Below, in pieces: positions 8,121-11,047 of a DNA stretch of 11,047 nt. The notes under the pieces are model-generated. The model saw nothing but the letters and a program-made list of their open reading frames with translations. It did not search any database and was not told the origin of the DNA. Made by a program: the position numbers and the translations under genes. Source of the DNA: Synechococcus sp. (GTDB lineage: Bacteria > Cyanobacteriota > Cyanobacteriia > Thermostichales > PCC-7336); NCBI GenBank assembly GCA_051439425.1, contig JBFRWD010000095.1, positions 1 to 11,047 on the forward strand, given 5' to 3'. Each line of letters begins with the position of its first letter. Positions within the stretch are counted from its first letter, which is position 1.

Positions 8121-8315
8121 ATTGCCTATCATCAGTTCGTATTCTCACGCTTGAAACTATCATCAGGAATTAGCCAATTACTGCACAACGTTTTTACACA
8201 TCAGCGTCTTGCATACGCCAACAATGGCCGCCTAATCTATATATTTGGCGTAAGTTTCAACCTTGGGAATAGGTGTACAGAATGAGATTGGCAGTAAGAG
8301 GCGTGGAAATGATTC

Positions 8316-9749
8316 TTACTCAGGCAGAACATCTTGATTCCAGTAGTTGCGAGCCAAACGAGAGACTTCTTGAATGATGGTTTCAGCATCGGAATCACCA
8401 TTTTCCCGCCGCACCATTACAGCCGCAATATATCGCTGCCCGTTCGGCAAATCGATCAGGCCCACATCTCCCAACGACGAATTAATCGTCCCTGTTTTAT
8501 GAGCAATCCGATCGCCCTCCTCCAACGACTGAGGTAATAACGTATCGTTGCGAGTCGACGACAAAATATCGAGAAACCGATCGCGACTGCGCATCGTCAA
8601 AATCTCCCCCCGTTCGATCTCCCCCAACAGCAATGCAAAGTCAGCCGGACTGCTGGTGTTCTCCCCTCCGAGATCGGGAAGCGGATTCACCAACTCCGTA
8701 TGCTGCAGTCCCCATTGCAAAAATCGTTGATTCGCAACCTCGATGCCCCCCAATCGATCGACCAAAACATTCGTTGCCGTATTGTCACTGGTGGAGATCA
8801 TCAACTCTGCCGCCCGCAGCACCGAGACCTCAGTCCCTGGCGGCTGCGAATCGAGGGCACCGGAACCACCTGCCACAGCAGTGGGTTGCAGCGGCAACTT
8901 CTCGGTCAACGTTATGTCACCGGCATCCACCGATTCCATCACAGCAGCCAATACCGCAAGCTTGATGGTACTGGCCGCCGGAAACGCTTCTTGGGCCCTC
9001 AGCCCCGCATAGTTGCGCTCGCTAATATCCACCAACACCGTGCCCAATTGCAGGTCGGGATATTCTCCATCCAGAGCCTCTAACGCCTGATTAAGTTCGT
9101 CAATCGGTGCCCCTGGACGTGTGGTGGGATCGGACGGTGCGATGAATGTTGAAGGGGCCAGAGACGTTACCGAAGGAGTAGTACCGCTAGCGTCAGGCAA
9201 CGTTGACAGGGCCGCCCCCCACCGCCGCGCAATCAGACCGCAAACCAACCCCAAACCCACGCTAAGAATAAATCCCTGAAACGCGATCGCCTGCCAAGAA
9301 CTGTGTTGAGGTTTGCGGGACGATGACTTAGACGAACGGGACTTTCTACGCCGAGGTGAACGCTGTTGAGCTGAAGAATCTGTCGCTGAACGACGATCGG
9401 AATGAAGTTTGCGCTCGGGGCTGTCTTGATCACGGGGCGCGCGGTTTGGGCGCTGATGCCGATTGGGTGAGCCAAACTCTTGAGGTCTAACAGCCTGCTG
9501 TGCTGGTGAGGGTTGGGTTTGGAGGCGAGGGCGATCGGGGCTGAAACGAGGATCGTGCGATCGAGGTGGCGAATGTTGAGGAGAGCCGTCTTCAGGATGG
9601 GACCCATCTCCCCTCTCGAAGTCTCCGGACTCGAAGTCTCGGGGCCAAGGCGAGCGTGGGGAATTGAGTGGGCGAGCGCGATCGGAGGACGAGGAACCCC
9701 TGCGGCGATCGCCTGATTGACGTGAATGACGAGAACGACCGTTGCGCAT
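8316..9749 (-). CDS. Serine hydrolase, class A beta-lactamase-like (cyanobacterial PBP-A type), with long disordered N-terminus and one TM helix
   Basis: FPAASTIK (SxxK), MISTSDNTATN (SDN) and IAHKTG (KTG) motifs; TM helix around FILSVGLGLVCGLIA; about 150 aa Arg/Ser/Pro-rich N-terminus. Confidence 0.9.
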   Translation of the reverse strand: MRNGRSRHSRQSGDRRRGSSSSDRARPLNSPRSPWPRDFESGDFERGDGSHPEDGSPQHSPPRSHDPRFSPDRPRLQTQPSPAQQAVRPQEFGSPNRHQRPNRAPRDQDSPERKLHSDRRSATDSSAQQRSPRRRKSRSSKSSSRKPQHSSWQAIAFQGFILSVGLGLVCGLIARRWGAALSTLPDASGTTPSVTSLAPSTFIAPSDPTTRPGAPIDELNQALEALDGEYPDLQLGTVLVDISERNYAGLRAQEAFPAASTIKLAVLAAVMESVDAGDITLTEKLPLQPTAVAGGSGALDSQPPGTEVSVLRAAELMISTSDNTATNVLVDRLGGIEVANQRFLQWGLQHTELVNPLPDLGGENTSSPADFALLLGEIERGEILTMRSRDRFLDILSSTRNDTLLPQSLEEGDRIAHKTGTINSSLGDVGLIDLPNGQRYIAAVMVRRENGDSDAETIIQEVSRLARNYWNQDVLPE

Positions 9750-9932
9750 GACTTAAGTGCTCACCTCGCTACAGATTGCCTGTTCCCCATACCCCCTATC
9801 GGTCGGAAAGTCCCAACGAACAGGCAAGGTCTCGAACGCTCTGGACCTCGGGGCAAACATCGCTAAAGAAGTGCTACTCAGCCTACTCGATCCCCCCTCC
9901 TAACGCTGCAGTATCGAACAATAGGTTTCAGA

Positions 9933-10856
9933 TTATGTATCGCTTGGATTCTCGTTGTGGAGAGCTGAGCGATCGCTAGTGTTTCTAGTTGGGCGAGAAG
10001 AATTTGACTTGGAAGCATTTGTATTTGTACGGGGCAGGTTGCGATCGGCCCAAGCCAACTGACGCAGAACCCCTCGCAGCAGAGCGACATCTTTGAGCGT
10101 GAGCTGAGCGCGATCGAACAATCGACGAAACTTGAGAATTTTGCGAGGGGCAGTGTGAGGATACAGAAAACCAATTTGCAGCAACACTTGCTCCAACTGA
10201 TGGTAGAACCCCTCCAATGCCTGGGAGGGTGCCTTCGGAGAAGGGGTGGACTCTGCCGGACTGAGACTGGTGGTTGCGCACTGTTCCTTTGCGAGAGTTC
10301 CAGCCTGTTGGCTAAGGGCTGCTTGTCTTAACTCGTACGCGCAAATCCCCACCGCTTGAGCCAAGTTCATCGACGGATACACATCGCTGGTGGGAATAAA
10401 CACCTGCTGACGGCACATGCTTAGTTCTTGGTTGTTCAACCCGCGATCTTCCGGGCCAAATACTAACGCTGCTGGTGCGTTGCCAGACTGCAAGAGCTGC
10501 GGCAGAACCGCTCGCGGCTCGCCAACCTCAAACTCCATTGGCTGAGTTCGCCCCACCGTCCCTACAATGCCTCGACAATCTTGCAAGGCTGCGGATAACG
10601 AGTCCACAATCACAGCGCCAGCCAGCACATCAGCCGCATGTACAGCCATACGGACAGCATCTTCGTCTTGAATATGGCAATTAGGATTGACCAGCACCAA
10701 GTGAGCCAACCCCATATTTTTCATCACGCGGGCGATCGCCCCGACATTTAGCGGGCCCGCAGGCTCCACCAACACAATCCGCACCTGCCCCAGGTCGGGC
10801 AGAACATTAGTAGTGGAGGAGGAGGATTGTGAGGATGCGGAATGAATTGAGGTCAC
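9933..10856 (-). CDS. trmJ: SPOUT-family tRNA (cytidine32/uridine32-2'-O)-methyltransferase TrmJ
   Basis: RIVLVEPAGPLNVGAIARVMKNMG, MAVHAADVL, ALVFGPEDRGLNNQEL, YPSMNLAQAV and C-terminal FRRLFDRAQLT..DVALLRGVL motifs. Start uncertain (GTG 10856 or TTG 10862). Confidence 0.9.
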   Translation of the reverse strand: MTSIHSASSQSSSSTTNVLPDLGQVRIVLVEPAGPLNVGAIARVMKNMGLAHLVLVNPNCHIQDEDAVRMAVHAADVLAGAVIVDSLSAALQDCRGIVGTVGRTQPMEFEVGEPRAVLPQLLQSGNAPAALVFGPEDRGLNNQELSMCRQQVFIPTSDVYPSMNLAQAVGICAYELRQAALSQQAGTLAKEQCATTSLSPAESTPSPKAPSQALEGFYHQLEQVLLQIGFLYPHTAPRKILKFRRLFDRAQLTLKDVALLRGVLRQLAWADRNLPRTNTNASKSNSSRPTRNTSDRSALHNENPSDT

Positions 10857-10857
10857 T

Positions 10858-10885
10858 GACAAACCAAACGCGACAAACCAAACGC
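10858..10885. repeat. 14-bp tandem duplication (GACAAACCAAACGC)x2 at the trmJ start
   Basis: 10858-10871 and 10872-10885 are identical. Confidence 0.9.
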
Positions 10886-10993
10886 TAGGAATGTAGCTCG
10901 ATCGATGCAGGTCACTGAAAACAGTAGAGCGCTATTGGCACAGTGAAATCCAATTTAAACCGTCACTCACCGAAATTTCGGCCATATCACAAC

Positions 10994-11047
10994 CTGTCTC
11001 TTATACACATCAACGATCACACGAGACCCATCTCGCCATCTCGTATG
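10994..11047 (+). other. Illumina Nextera adapter read-through (Tn5 mosaic end, i7 index, start of P7); sequencing artefact
   Basis: CTGTCTCTTATACACATC (10994-11011), then AACGATCACACGAGAC (12/16 identical to TCCGAGCCCACGAGAC), a 10-nt index CCATCTCGCC, then ATCTCGTATG. Confidence 0.96.

Larger units (their letters stand above)
1993..10739. repeat. HIP1 (highly iterated palindrome GCGATCGC), about 14 dispersed copies
   Basis: Copies read by eye starting at 1993, 2279, 3408, 3577, 4218, 4704, 5844, 6283, 6861, 7162, 9283, 9705, 9969 and 10732, plus many CGATCG near-matches. Hallmark of cyanobacteria. Confidence 0.92.

Noticed and set aside
8126..8204. CTATCATCAG / CATCAG repeats as a degenerate CRISPR array
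   Set aside because: The repeats are far too short, there are only two good copies, spacing is irregular, and no cas genes are present.
7923..8285. Small ORFs 7923-8132 (-) and 8046-8285 (+) in the long intergenic region
   Set aside because: They overlap each other, have no recognisable domain and lack a typical toxin-like TM profile. They cannot be supported, though ribosome profiling could revive them.
10994..11012. IS50/Tn5 terminal inverted repeat as evidence of a mobile element
   Set aside because: It is followed by Illumina index and P7 sequence, and there is no transposase; it is a library adapter.

Overview
Cyanobacterial chromosomal segment (about 14 HIP1 octamers, GCGATCGC) made mostly of housekeeping or conserved genes. 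One + strand gene (DUF502 membrane protein) converges on nine - strand genes. Left to right these are ribF, a CGLD27/Ycf36 (DUF1230) protein, fabD, a peroxiredoxin-like AhpC-TSA protein, a DUF1400 protein with signal peptide, a lipoate-protein ligase family enzyme, an unusual C-terminal J-domain protein, a PBP-A-type class A beta-lactamase-like serine hydrolase, and trmJ. No mobile element, CRISPR array, tRNA or rRNA is evident. The last 54 nt are an untrimmed Illumina Nextera adapter, so this is a contig end with an artefact. The most striking unexplained signal is a perfect 19-nt copy of the fabD ribosome-binding region (3911-3929) in the long intergenic region at 8102-8120. It sits next to a + strand foldable stem, making it a candidate trans-acting sRNA against fabD; this is inference only. 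All family assignments are from motif recognition by eye, not database searches.
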